Shown: positions 31,843 through 41,694 of the stretch, in pieces
Numbering within the stretch: position 1 is the first letter of the stretch
How the letters are laid out: every line of letters begins with the position of its first letter
From: a bacterium
GTDB taxonomy: Bacteria; UBA8248
DNA: 64,000 nucleotides
Assembly: GCA_965213625.1 (NCBI GenBank)
Contig: CBDBZU010000004.1
Location: 3,328,001 to 3,392,000 of the forward strand
Direction of reading: 5' to 3'
The notes under the pieces: model-generated
The model's database searches: none
The model's input: the letters and a program-made list of their open reading frames with translations, nothing else
Told to the model about the DNA's origin: nothing
Made by a program: the position numbers and the translations under genes

Positions 31843-33429
31843 ATGACTAATGAACATCCACAGACGAGAACACGCTCGGGCCTCGCCGTTGAAAACACTT
31901 ACGGCCTTGGGGATTTGCCTCAGAACTATTCCCCTGGCAAACCAGGCGAATATCCTCTCACGCGCGGCATTCACCCCGAGATGTACAGAAAACGCCTGTG
32001 GACGATGCGCCAGTATTCGGGTTACGGAACCGCCGAGGAAACGAACCAGCGATACCGATTTCTGCTTGATGAGGGAAACACCGGACTTTCCGTCGCGCTC
32101 GACCTTCCGACACAACTTGGACTCGACAGCGACAATGAAAAATCAGCCGGTGAAGTCGGCAAAGTCGGGGTAGCCATCGACTCGCTGGCGGATATGGAAA
32201 CCATTTTTCAAGACATCCCGCTCGATAAGATCAGCACGTCTTTCACCATCAACTCAACGGCCGCCATCCTCTACGCCATGTACGTCGCGGTGGGGAAGAA
32301 ACAAGGTGTTTCGCCCGCTCAATTAACCGGCACCATTCAGAACGATATCCTGAAAGAATACGTTTCCCGCGGCACGTGGATTTTTCCGCCCGAGCCATCT
32401 TTAAGGCTGATAGTAGATACTGTTGAATATGGCGTGAAAAACACCCCGAGGTTCAACACCATCAGCGCTGCGGGCGCTCATTTCAGGGACGCCGGCGCAA
32501 CCGCCGTCCAGGAAGGCGGTTTCACTCTCGCTGACGCCATTGTTTACGTGGAAAGATGCCTGGAACGTGGGCTTGACATCGACGAGTTCGCCCCCAGGCT
32601 CAGTTTTTATTTTTACACCCACATGGATTTTTTCGAAGAAATCGCAAAATACAGGGCCATGCGGACGCTTTGGGCCAAAATCATGCGTGAGCGCTTTGGC
32701 GCCAAAAACGAGAGAAGCCGGCTGTTCCGTTTCGGCGTCGTTTGCGGCGGCAGCACACTCACCGCGCAAGAGCCCGAGAACAATATCGTCAGGGTCACCT
32801 ACGAAGCGCTGTCCGCCGTGCTCGGCGGCGCCCAGACCATCTTCACTTGCGCTTATGACGAAGCGCTCGCTTTGCCGACCGAGGATAGCGCCCTCCTCGC
32901 CCTGCGCACCCAGCAGATCATTGCCCATGAAAGCGGCGTGCCCGATGTAGCGGACCCATTCGGTGGTTCATATTTTTTGGAAAATTTGACTTCTCAAATG
33001 GAAGATGGAATGGCGCAGATTATCGAAGATGTGGAAGAGCGCGGTGGAATGGTCGAGTGTATCCAGCGGGGCGCAGTGCAAAAGTGGATAGCAGAGAGCG
33101 CTTTCCGCTGGCAAAAAGCGGTGGATGCACAAGAGCAGACTATCGTCGGCGTCAATAAATATGTGAGAGAGGAACCCCTCGCACAGGAAATATTCACGAT
33201 AGATTCTAAACTCGAAGAACGCCAGAAGAAACAGCTGAAAAAATTGAAGAAAGAGCGAGACGCCTCGCAGGCGGAGCAGAGTCTCAGACGTCTCGAAGAA
33301 GCCGCCAGAGGTGATGAGAATCTCATGGACCCCATTTCCGAGGCGGTGGAAGCATACGCCACCATCGGGGAGATAACGGACGTGCTGCGCGGCGTTTTTG
33401 GAGAATTTCAAGAGCCTGTTGCTTTCTGA
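31843..33429 (+). CDS. Methylmalonyl-CoA mutase family, substrate-binding large subunit (no B12 domain)
   Basis: [31 protein letters not shown]; SD GGAGG. Confidence 0.93.
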   Translation: MTNEHPQTRTRSGLAVENTYGLGDLPQNYSPGKPGEYPLTRGIHPEMYRKRLWTMRQYSGYGTAEETNQRYRFLLDEGNTGLSVALDLPTQLGLDSDNEKSAGEVGKVGVAIDSLADMETIFQDIPLDKISTSFTINSTAAILYAMYVAVGKKQGVSPAQLTGTIQNDILKEYVSRGTWIFPPEPSLRLIVDTVEYGVKNTPRFNTISAAGAHFRDAGATAVQEGGFTLADAIVYVERCLERGLDIDEFAPRLSFYFYTHMDFFEEIAKYRAMRTLWAKIMRERFGAKNERSRLFRFGVVCGGSTLTAQEPENNIVRVTYEALSAVLGGAQTIFTCAYDEALALPTEDSALLALRTQQIIAHESGVPDVADPFGGSYFLENLTSQMEDGMAQIIEDVEERGGMVECIQRGAVQKWIAESAFRWQKAVDAQEQTIVGVNKYVREEPLAQEIFTIDSKLEERQKKQLKKLKKERDASQAEQSLRRLEEAARGDENLMDPISEAVEAYATIGEITDVLRGVFGEFQEPVAF

Positions 33430-33561
33430 AGACTCACCACGTCCGTCGGCTTGCCCAACAAGGCAAAACACGGAATAATCACGGACTGAGAAAAACAATC
33501 AATCGCAAAAAATATAACTCTAGAATCCCATGTGGCATATTCATCGGAGGCAGGCAGAAAA

Positions 33562-35430
33562 ATGTGGACAGACGCCAAAAACGGGAACAACTCGGCAACT
33601 GATTACAAGTACAGAAGCGCAACCGTTGAGCTGAGTAGCGGAAGCATCACGATAGAAGACAAATCCTGTGAGGATTTGGAGGATTTTCTGGGCGGGATCG
33701 GCAGGATATTCAAGATTCTTTCCCATCACGACGTATCTGATCCCTATGCCCCCTCCGCCCCGCTCGTCATGGAACTGGGCTGCTTCTCGGGCACGAATCT
33801 CATGACCGGGCTGAGAACCTTCTTCGGCGGCTACAGTCCGCTTAAGAGCACGCTCGCAGGCGCTCCTTCCGCCATGTATTCGGCGGGTTCGGGCAAATTC
33901 GGAACCAAGGTCGCCTGTGCGGGCATCGATGAAATCATCTTTACCGGCAGGAGCGAGAAGCCCGTCACTTTGGTTATCAAGAGCGATACTCTGGGCGGTC
34001 CGCCGAGCCTGGAACTTGTGGACGCTTCTCCTCTCGTGGGTCAGGATTCGCATGAAAAAATGATGGCGCTCGCCGATGAATACAACGACGCGCACTTCGC
34101 CGTCATCGGCCCGCCGGGGGAGAATTTTGAAACGAACCGCATGGCGTCCATCGTTCTGAGCACGGAAAACCAGCTCAAAACGAGAGAATGCAAGCCGAGA
34201 TTCTGCGGACGCGGCGGTTTCGGCGGCGTGATGGGTTCCAAAAACCTCATCGCTATCGTCGCGCAGGCGCCGGACGACAAAGCCGCCGTCACGAATGTCG
34301 TCAAAGAGGCGAACAAGGTCATCTCACGGGGCGCAGGTTCCAAGAACTACCGAGACGCCCACAAGGCCGACGGCGGCGGCGGCACCTGGAGAAATATCGC
34401 GGGTCTCCACCCCATGGGCTGTCTCCCCGAGAGAAACTTCTGGGCCCCGGGAAACGATGAAGCCGTTCAACTGTACCGGGGCAGTTTTGAAGAACCCTAC
34501 GTCATCAAGGATGAATCCTGCTTCAAGTGCGGCATCGCATGCCATAAAAACATCTACGACAGGCCCGAGGGCGAGACGGCCGAAGGCAGGCGGGCGAAGA
34601 AAGGGAAATTCAGGGTCAAGTTCGACTATGAGCCGCTCGACCTCATCACGGCGAACTGCGGCGTCTACGATGCGGAAGAATCCCTGGACCTCGTCGAACT
34701 GGGTGATCGCATGGGCTACGACGCCATCAGCCTGGGCGCAACAATCAGCTACGCCATGGAGTGGAACGAGCGAAACCCCGACAAACCCGTGCTCGACGAT
34801 ATCCGTTTCGGCGACGCCAAGAAGATGGATGAATTGATTCGCAAAGCGGCGGCGGGCGAGTGCGAAGAACTGGCCCAGGGCACCATGCGTCTGGCCCAGC
34901 AGTGCGGCGACCTATCTTTCGCCATGCAGGGCAAGGGCCTCGAATATCCCGCCTATCTGCCCGAAACCAACCCCGGCTACCCCTGGGCGCTGGCCGGCGG
35001 CCACATGAGCATGCGCACGTTCCTGCTCCTCATCCTCGATGGCCAGCAGACGGACATCGACTATTGGGAAAACGCCATCCAGAACGGCATCTACTACACG
35101 AGGGACGACCTCATCGGGACTTGTAAATTCGCAGGCGCGCCCAACGAGAATATCGTCGACAGCCTGAACGACATGTTCGGCGTCTCATTGACCGAAGAAA
35201 ACGTGAACCAGGCGATTCGGCGTTCCTACCTGAGAGGGCGTCTGCTGGAGAAAAAGGTGGGCTATACTGACGAGGAATACGACGTGCCCTCCCGCGTGTA
35301 TGAAGGGGCAAATGAAAACGTCAAAATGCCCAGTTTCATGACGCGCGAGTTCATGGACGAATTGAAAAAACGGACCGAGGCGAATTGGGACAGGCTTACG
35401 GAAGAAGAGGGAATCGCCCTTCCCGCCTAA
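33562..35430 (+). CDS. Aldehyde:ferredoxin oxidoreductase family (W/Mo-pterin) protein
   Basis: GRGGFGGVMGSKNL, CFKCGIAC, DYEP, GYDAIS, CKF. Confidence 0.9.
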   Translation: MWTDAKNGNNSATDYKYRSATVELSSGSITIEDKSCEDLEDFLGGIGRIFKILSHHDVSDPYAPSAPLVMELGCFSGTNLMTGLRTFFGGYSPLKSTLAGAPSAMYSAGSGKFGTKVACAGIDEIIFTGRSEKPVTLVIKSDTLGGPPSLELVDASPLVGQDSHEKMMALADEYNDAHFAVIGPPGENFETNRMASIVLSTENQLKTRECKPRFCGRGGFGGVMGSKNLIAIVAQAPDDKAAVTNVVKEANKVISRGAGSKNYRDAHKADGGGGTWRNIAGLHPMGCLPERNFWAPGNDEAVQLYRGSFEEPYVIKDESCFKCGIACHKNIYDRPEGETAEGRRAKKGKFRVKFDYEPLDLITANCGVYDAEESLDLVELGDRMGYDAISLGATISYAMEWNERNPDKPVLDDIRFGDAKKMDELIRKAAAGECEELAQGTMRLAQQCGDLSFAMQGKGLEYPAYLPETNPGYPWALAGGHMSMRTFLLLILDGQQTDIDYWENAIQNGIYYTRDDLIGTCKFAGAPNENIVDSLNDMFGVSLTEENVNQAIRRSYLRGRLLEKKVGYTDEEYDVPSRVYEGANENVKMPSFMTREFMDELKKRTEANWDRLTEEEGIALPA

Positions 35431-35444
35431 GCAACTGAGCTAAA

Positions 35445-35487
35445 ACAAGAACGCCCTCCAGGCTGATCCTTGGGGGGCGTTTTCTTG
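35445..35487. terminator. Intrinsic terminator between AOR and queE
   Basis: AACGCCCTCCAGG/CCTTGGGGGGCGTT stem followed by TTCTT. Confidence 0.7.
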
Positions 35488-35522
35488 TCACCGGATACTA
35501 TCGAATACCCTGTTGCCTGAGG

Positions 35523-36227
35523 TTAGACCCCGCGCTTGTCACCCCACAGCATGACGTGCAGCCTGGGAGTGAACCGAAAGCCTCGATTCATCGCAGGCTC
35601 CGCCAGGGCGAACAGCCTGTGCTCCATCTGCTCGCGCGTTTTGCCTCCCGGAGAAATGATGACGCGGCTTCGCGGGAAATCACCTAGGCTATATTTTATG
35701 AGAACAGACTCGACTTCATCGAGTTCATCCGCCCGGTGAACCACGAATTTGAGGTAGGGTTCTTTGGCTCGGCGCAGCCAGTCGAGGGTAGTCGACTGTT
35801 TTTTCTCTGAAATCTGGGCTGACTGTAGTTTTGGCGAGACGTTCCATTGGTCCACCCGCTCGAGGAGGTCTTCAGACGGCGGGATGTGGCCCGCCGTTTC
35901 CACCTCCACCCTTAAACCCGCGGCATCGAGGGCCTCGATTAGCGTTGGGAACTGCGGGGATTCCAGAGGTTCTCCCCCCGTCACCACCACCTGGGCGCCT
36001 TCGTGTTCCTCACAAAAACCCAGGATTTCCGCTATCGTTCTCTCCTCGACGGGAGGCCCCGACCAGGAATACTTCGTATCGCACCACACGCAGCCCACAG
36101 AGCAGCCCATGAGGCGAATGAAGATTGACGGTCGGCCGATGGTCGCGCCCTCTCCCTGTAAAGAGAAAAAAAGCGGATCCGCAAGCGAAACCCTGAAATC
36201 CGCTTTTCCCTTGAGTTTTATCATCAC
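35523..36227 (-). CDS. queE: 7-carboxy-7-deazaguanine synthase QueE (radical SAM)
   Basis: SLQGEG, CSVGCVWCDT (CxxxCxxC), TGGEP, VSPKL, PRLHVMLWG. Confidence 0.9.
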   Translation of the reverse strand: MMIKLKGKADFRVSLADPLFFSLQGEGATIGRPSIFIRLMGCSVGCVWCDTKYSWSGPPVEERTIAEILGFCEEHEGAQVVVTGGEPLESPQFPTLIEALDAAGLRVEVETAGHIPPSEDLLERVDQWNVSPKLQSAQISEKKQSTTLDWLRRAKEPYLKFVVHRADELDEVESVLIKYSLGDFPRSRVIISPGGKTREQMEHRLFALAEPAMNRGFRFTPRLHVMLWGDKRGV

Positions 36228-36302
36228 GTCAGGTCCGCTTTTTCACCCTTGCTCAGAGGCTCTCGATGCCAGGGTCACAAGAGCAACAACGCTTATCCCC
36301 GA

Positions 36303-36584
36303 TTACCCCAACGCCGCCGCGACGATGAGCGCCACGCCGATGAAAATCGCGCCCACAACAATGCCAACCGCCCTGTTCTGATCTTTCGACAGCGCATCGT
36401 TTACCGAGAAGGGCGTGATCCACTCGAAAATCTTGTACCCGATCATCAACAGAGCGATGCCGACCAGGCCATAGACGATCGAAAGGAACAGGCCCGTGCC
36501 GATACCCATACGCGCCTCGCCCTGTGCGAGGGCCACGGCGGGCGTCATCAGGAGCAAAGCGGTTGCATATGAAAATTTTTTCAT
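36303..36584 (-). CDS. DUF350 family small membrane protein
   Basis: TM helices, ITPF...NRAVGIVVGAIFIG; SD AAGGAG. Confidence 0.8.
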   Translation of the reverse strand: MKKFSYATALLLMTPAVALAQGEARMGIGTGLFLSIVYGLVGIALLMIGYKIFEWITPFSVNDALSKDQNRAVGIVVGAIFIGVALIVAAALG

Positions 36585-36615
36585 GTGAGAAACTCCTTGT
36601 TCAGTGACGGAAAAT

Positions 36616-37047
36616 TTAACGTCGCGACATCATTCGCATAATGAAAATCAAGATGAGGGGAAAGAGAAGCATCCGGCCCAGACCGAAGAGACCCATCCCG
36701 CCGAATCCCCATCCCCCCAGCATTCCCAAACCCATTCCCATGCCGAAACCGCCGAGCCCGCGCCGGCCCGCGAACCCCCGGCTGTAGCCCCGGCCATAGC
36801 CTCGTCTCGAAAATGAACGCGCGCCGAAAGAACGCATGCGCCCGAACCCGCCAAATGAACGGCCCCCGCCGAAACGCCTGGCTTCCGCAATGGATGGCTG
36901 CAGTACGAAGACGGCGGTGATGGCGGAGGCCCCTACGGCGCCGCGCACGATGTGCGTCATTGAGACGGGAGCAAGCGCAAAGAATGCGCCCGCAACAACG
37001 ACCGAGAGACAATACGCGGGGCGGAACGAGAATGGAGTTGTCTTCAA
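36616..37047 (-). CDS. Hypothetical Gly/Arg-rich membrane protein
   Basis: Hydrophobic N-terminus, AEARRFGGGRSFGG, GMG repeats, C-terminal TM; co-oriented with neighbours. Confidence 0.6.
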   Translation of the reverse strand: MKTTPFSFRPAYCLSVVVAGAFFALAPVSMTHIVRGAVGASAITAVFVLQPSIAEARRFGGGRSFGGFGRMRSFGARSFSRRGYGRGYSRGFAGRRGLGGFGMGMGLGMLGGWGFGGMGLFGLGRMLLFPLILIFIMRMMSRR

Positions 37048-37124
37048 TGCGGCCTCGCATCCGGGGCGGTCGAAACTACGGAAACAGCCTAGCAGGGCGT
37101 GCGCAATTTCTCAATCACCCGTTT

Positions 37125-37904
37125 TCAGTCCCACTTCCTGCCCGGCATGTGATTGTAGACGCTGTTCAGGATGCCGCCGTCGATATCGAGACGCGAAGCC
37201 GTGATCCAGTCGGATTCCTCGGACAGCAGGAACAAAATGCCGTGCGCGATGTCCACCGGCTGGCCCACGCGGCCGAGCGGCGTCACGTCGCTTCTGCCCT
37301 TTTTGATCTCGGGGTCCTGGAGATAGGCGGTGAGCGGCGTTTCCGTATGGCCGGGGCATACGGCGTTCACGCGAATCCCCTTGCGCGCCCACTCGATGCC
37401 CAGCTGCTTGGAGAGCATGATGATGCCCGCCTTCACCGTGCTGTATGCGCCCGACATGCCGTACGGCTGGACGCCTGCGTTAGACGATAGATTCACCATG
37501 ACGCCCGGCCTCTCGTTCTCTATCAGCCAGCGGCCCGCCGCCTGACACATCAGGAACATGCCCGTAAGACCGATGTCCACCACCATTTTCCAGCTCGCCA
37601 GAGGCAGGTCGACCAGCGGGGCGGGGTCCATCTTGATGGCGCAGTTCACGAGGTGGTTCAGGCCGCCGAACTCGCCCACAGCGCGCTCCACCGCCGCCTG
37701 GCAGGACGCCTCGTCCGACACGTCGAGCGTTTGAAATACCGCCTTCTCCTTGCCGAGCCTGGCTTCGAGTTCTACGCCCAGCTCATCGTTCACGTCGCCG
37801 ATGAGCACGCGGCCGCCCTGCTCCACATACATTTCACACGTCTTGGCGCCGATGCCCCGGGCGCCCCCTGCGACGATGCAGACATCTCCATCGAAACGGC
37901 CCAT
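37125..37904 (-). CDS. SDR family oxidoreductase
   Basis: GGARGIG, YSTVK (YxxxK), IRVNAVCPG. Confidence 0.95.
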   Translation of the reverse strand: MGRFDGDVCIVAGGARGIGAKTCEMYVEQGGRVLIGDVNDELGVELEARLGKEKAVFQTLDVSDEASCQAAVERAVGEFGGLNHLVNCAIKMDPAPLVDLPLASWKMVVDIGLTGMFLMCQAAGRWLIENERPGVMVNLSSNAGVQPYGMSGAYSTVKAGIIMLSKQLGIEWARKGIRVNAVCPGHTETPLTAYLQDPEIKKGRSDVTPLGRVGQPVDIAHGILFLLSEESDWITASRLDIDGGILNSVYNHMPGRKWD

Positions 37905-37924
37905 AAGGAACCTCCTCTCTCAAG

Positions 37925-38725
37925 TCATTTATACTCGATTTTCCTGCCGCCCCAGTTTCGTCCGGGCGTATGAATCATCTTGCTCTCCACCTGCCCGCCA
38001 TCGATGGGCAGGTTCGCCGCCGTGATGTACCTCGCCCGCTCCGAGAGCAGGAACACGCACCCCTCCGCGATGTCCTCAGGCGTCGCCACGCGGCCCATCG
38101 GCACGACGGAGGCCCGCCCCGCCGCGATTTCCGGGTCCTGAAACATGGCCTCGGTCATCGGGGTGCGCACCTGGCCGGGCGAGACGGTGTTCGCGCGAAC
38201 GCCGCGTCCGCCCCACTCCACGCCGAAGAGCTTGCTGAGCATGATGGCCCCCGCCTTGCATACGCTGTATGCGCCCGCGAGGGGGTAGGTCTGCATGCCG
38301 CCGATGGAGGAGACGAAGACGATGGAGCCGCTCCCCTTCTCCAGCATCACCCGTCCCGCCGCCTGAGCGCAAAGAAAATAACCCTTTAGCCCGATATCCA
38401 TCACCATGTCCCAGTCGGCTTCCGGTAATTCCTCAAGCTTTCCGGGCACGAGCTTTATCGCGCAGCAGACGAGGCCGTCTATCGTGCCGAAGGCGTCTAA
38501 GGCCTCGGCCGTCATGCGCTCGGCATCGGCTTTTTTCGCCGTATCCATCTCGATGAGGATAGCCTGAACGCCTTGTTTTTCCACCATTTGGACCGTCTCG
38601 GCGGCGGTCTCGGGGTTGATGTCGGCGACGGCGACGTCGGCGCCCTCGGCGGCGGCGAGGAGGCACGTGGCGCGGCCGATGCCGCTGCCCCCTCCGGTGA
38701 CGATTACCTTCTTCCCCTCGAGCAT
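37925..38725 (-). CDS. SDR family oxidoreductase, paralog of neighbour
   Basis: TGGGSGIG, YSVCK, VRANTVSPG. Confidence 0.95.
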   Translation of the reverse strand: MLEGKKVIVTGGGSGIGRATCLLAAAEGADVAVADINPETAAETVQMVEKQGVQAILIEMDTAKKADAERMTAEALDAFGTIDGLVCCAIKLVPGKLEELPEADWDMVMDIGLKGYFLCAQAAGRVMLEKGSGSIVFVSSIGGMQTYPLAGAYSVCKAGAIMLSKLFGVEWGGRGVRANTVSPGQVRTPMTEAMFQDPEIAAGRASVVPMGRVATPEDIAEGCVFLLSERARYITAANLPIDGGQVESKMIHTPGRNWGGRKIEYK

Positions 38726-39283
38726 GGCGCGCGATCCTCCAAATTGTGGTTATTCAACGTGTTACGGCTCATCTGTGGCGCTGTGACCCGCATTCTACGC
38801 GAGAGAGGCCCCCTGGGCCAGCCCCGCGCTCACCCCCCCGGTTACGGCTCCATATCCCCTCATATTACAACGGCTTATGCGGGGCGCACGACGCTTTTTC
38901 AAGGGCTTCCGGGCGCTCGTTTTTTTACGGAAAAACACCGGTAATTTACAGATAAACCCCGTGAATTTATCGATATTTATGGAATTGTTTTCGCCGGTTC
39001 CGGCTAGGTGATGAGCGTACGCCGCGGGCGGTGGCGGCAACAGTCGCTGTGGGACCAACCCGCAAACCTCCTCCCCTCCCCCAAGGTTGTCCTTTTCTGT
39101 TCGACGGCTTCTGACAGGCGCCGGTTCCGGGAGGCTACGAGAAATTCGATTCCTCCGCGGTGCCTGCCCGCATGAAATCCTGCCATGCGCGCGAGGCCGC
39201 CCGGTGACGCCAATTGCGGGGAAATGCGCCTTGAACCTGACCGTCCCGGGGCAGAAGCGTTCGCCGACCGGGACGGGAGAGAT

Positions 39284-39313
39284 TTGACGAAGCGCGCGCG
39301 CTCTATTTATAGT
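39284..39313 (+). promoter_or_regulatory. Putative sigma70 promoter of small coiled-coil gene copy 1
   Basis: TTGACG-N18-TATAGT; same layout before copy 2 and a similar one before copy 3. Confidence 0.55.
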
Positions 39314-39375
39314 CGTATGCGACAGTCATGAACGTACGCGAGGATACCGAGGGACCCACATCCCGGGAGCTACGC

Positions 39376-39675
39376 ATGACGACATTCGAAAACCTCAGCC
39401 TCATCGCCGCTTACCTGAACCTCATCGCCCACTATATTGCCCTCGCTCTCATCTACTACGGCATCCGCACCATGGAGAAGGACGAGAAAATCCGCGATGA
39501 GAAGTCAAAACGCAGGCATGCCGAGTTCATGGCTAAGTCCAGTCGCAGGCACAACGAGTTCATGACCGACTCCCACCTCAGGAAAGAGGAGTCTGATCGC
39601 AGGCACGCCGAAGCCCGGAACAGGCAAGAGGAGTCCATGGCCGCCCTGCGCGCGCTCATCGAACGGACCAGGTAA
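39376..39675 (+). CDS. Small single-TM coiled-coil protein, copy 1 (99 aa)
   Basis: SD GGGAG, MTTFE start, TM helix, RRHxE repeats, LRALIERTR end; three paralogs in window. Confidence 0.75.
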   Translation: MTTFENLSLIAAYLNLIAHYIALALIYYGIRTMEKDEKIRDEKSKRRHAEFMAKSSRRHNEFMTDSHLRKEESDRRHAEARNRQEESMAALRALIERTR

Positions 39676-39912
39676 ACGAACCCTCATCCCTCAATCGCGT
39701 CGAACCCTCATCCCTCAATCGGGTTGGACCCACGAAAACCGCTAACGCCTCTTTCCTCACCCTGAGTAGCCGCCATCGGCGGCGTATCGAAGGGCGAGGG
39801 GCATTGAACGCCTCGCACCTGACGAGAGGGCATCCTTCTGACTGGCAAAGACCCCCTTTCAAGGGGCTGTTGAAAAAGCCTGTTTCGTTTGGGATTGACA
39901 TTAGCCTTTGCT

Positions 39913-40152
39913 CGTCATTCCGGCGAAAGCCGGAATCCATTTTCGCCTTTGTCTTTGGCCTTTCGCCCGGACGTTCTCGCTCCCGGCGAAGAAGATACGG
40001 ACGCCGCCACATATATCCGCCTCATCCGTTCCGGATTCAGGCGCGGCAAACGCTCTCTCCTCCGGTAGCGTTTGACCTCCCGCGAGTCGGAATCAAATGC
40101 GAAAACGAAAGCAAAAATCACAAAATGGATTCCGGCTTTCGCCGGAATGACG
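39913..40152. repeat. CGTC-type REP doublet (REPIN-like)
   Basis: 31-bp perfect inverted pair: CGTCATTCCGGCGAAAGCCGGAATCCATTTT at 39913-39943 and its reverse complement at 40122-40152. Confidence 0.88.
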
Positions 40153-40284
40153 GTGGTTTTCCTTCATCAGAGGTCAAACGCGAGTGAGGAGGGAGGGCCA
40201 GACGCGAGTGAGAAGCGAGCGTTTGACCCTTTGTCGGGGTTGTTGAAAAAGCCCTGTTTCGGTAGCTGGCGACATGATGATCCC

Positions 40285-40312
40285 GTAGCGGACAGGCCCC
40301 TGCGCCTGTCCG
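40285..40312 (+). repeat. GTAG-type REP
   Basis: GTAGCGGACAGGCCCCTGCGCCTGTCCG; inverted relative at 47412-47440. Confidence 0.8.
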
Positions 40313-40441
40313 AGGCCTCCGTGCCTGTCCTGATTGCAACCATCCTGCAAAAGGACAACCACGGAGGGCAGGACAACCCCGAGGAGGGAGGGTTTGACCC
40401 CTGAAATGGGAGCTGCTCCAGCACCCCCGAGGCGCGGGGAT

Positions 40442-40471
40442 TTGACGAAGCGCGCGCTCTCTATTTATATT
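40442..40471 (+). promoter_or_regulatory. Putative sigma70 promoter of copy 2
   Basis: TTGACG-N18-TATATT. Confidence 0.55.
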
Positions 40472-40533
40472 CGTATGCAACTGTCATGAACGTACGCGAG
40501 GAAAATGATCGGCCCACATCCCGTGAGCTACGC

Positions 40534-40866
40534 ATGACGACGTTCGAAAACCTCAGCCTCATCGCCGCTTACCTCAACCTCATCGCCTCCTACGGCGGCC
40601 TCGCGCTCATCTACTACGGCATCCGCGTCATGGCCAAAGGCGCTGAATTGCGCGCGGCCGACTCCGAGCACAAGCACGCCGAAACAATGAAAGAGTCTGA
40701 TCGCAGGCACGACGAAGCCATGGCCGAATCCGAACGCAGGCACAACGAGTTCATCGCCGATTCCCGCCGCAGGGATGAGGAGTCGGTCCGCAGGCACGCC
40801 GAATCCATGGCCAGGCACGAGGAGTCCATGGCGGCCCTGCGCGCGCTCATCGAACGGACCAGGTAA
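40534..40866 (+). CDS. Small single-TM coiled-coil protein, copy 2 (110 aa)
   Basis: Paralog of 39376-39675 with an extra 11-aa repeat. Confidence 0.75.
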   Translation: MTTFENLSLIAAYLNLIASYGGLALIYYGIRVMAKGAELRAADSEHKHAETMKESDRRHDEAMAESERRHNEFIADSRRRDEESVRRHAESMARHEESMAALRALIERTR

Positions 40867-41103
40867 ACGAACCCTCATCCCTCAATCGCGTCGAACCCTC
40901 ATCCCTCAATCGGGTTGGACCCACGAAAACCGCTAACGCCTCTTTCCTCACCCTGAGTAGCCGCCATCGGCGGCGTATCGAAGGGCGAGGGGCATTGAAC
41001 GCCTCGCACCTGACGAGAGGGCATCCTTCTGACTGGCAAAGACCCCCTTTCAAGGGGCTGTTGAAAAAGCCTGTTTCGTTTGGGATTGACATTAGCCTTT
41101 GCT

Positions 41104-41343
41104 CGTCATTCCGGCGAAAGCCGGAATCCATTTTCGCCTTTGTCTTTGGCCTTTCGCCTGGACGTTCTCGCTCCCGGCGAAGAAGATACGGACGCCGCCA
41201 CATATATCCGCCTCATCCGTTCCGGATTCAGGCGCGGCAAACGCTCCCTCCTCCGGTCGCGTTTGACCTCCCGCGAGTCGGAATCAAATGCGAAAACGAA
41301 AGCAAGAATCACAAAATGGATTCCGGCTTTCGCCGGAATGACG
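41104..41343. repeat. CGTC-type REP doublet, second copy
   Basis: Same 31-bp inverted pair as 39913-40152. Confidence 0.88.
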
Positions 41344-41515
41344 GTGGTTTTCCTTCATCAGGGGTCAAACCCGACCGAGGAGGGAGGGTTTGACGCGATT
41401 GATGAATGAGCGTTTGACGCGAGTGATATAGGAGCGTTTGATTTATCCCCTCCAGGATACCAATGGCTGGGGGTCAATTCCGACTGAGGAAGGAGGAATT
41501 GAATTATTCTCACAC

Positions 41516-41554
41516 AAAAAGAGGCGGCCCCGTGAAGGGACCGCCTCTTCTTTT
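41516..41554. terminator. Bidirectional intrinsic terminator
   Basis: AAGAGGCGG..CCC/GGG..CCGCCTCTT stem flanked by an A-run and a T-rich run. Confidence 0.75.
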
Positions 41555-41694
41555 CAATCTTGCATTGGGGTTGCCAAGTATTCTTTAATACACGTATAAA
41601 GTCAGCAACACGCGTATCAAAGATGGCTGGGAGTCAAACGCGAGTGAGAAGCGAGTGTTTGATTTATTCCCCCCTACGCCCTATAAAACTGGCT

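Larger units (their letters stand above)
39281..41370 (+). repeat. Tandem duplication of a ~0.9 kb module (39281-40179 and 40439-41370)
   Basis: 39628-40179 and 40819-41370 are near-identical (offset 1191); promoter and 5' coding region also shared. Confidence 0.92.

Noticed and set aside
39228-39276. TPP riboswitch or 6S RNA suggested by CCTTGAACCTGA
   Set aside because: The TPP CTGAGA and downstream GCGNAGGGA motifs are missing, and there is no long 6S-like rod with matching ends.
39656-41409. Duplicated 118-132 aa ORFs containing MDSGFRRND
   Set aside because: Translations of the CGTC REP doublets, not credible proteins.
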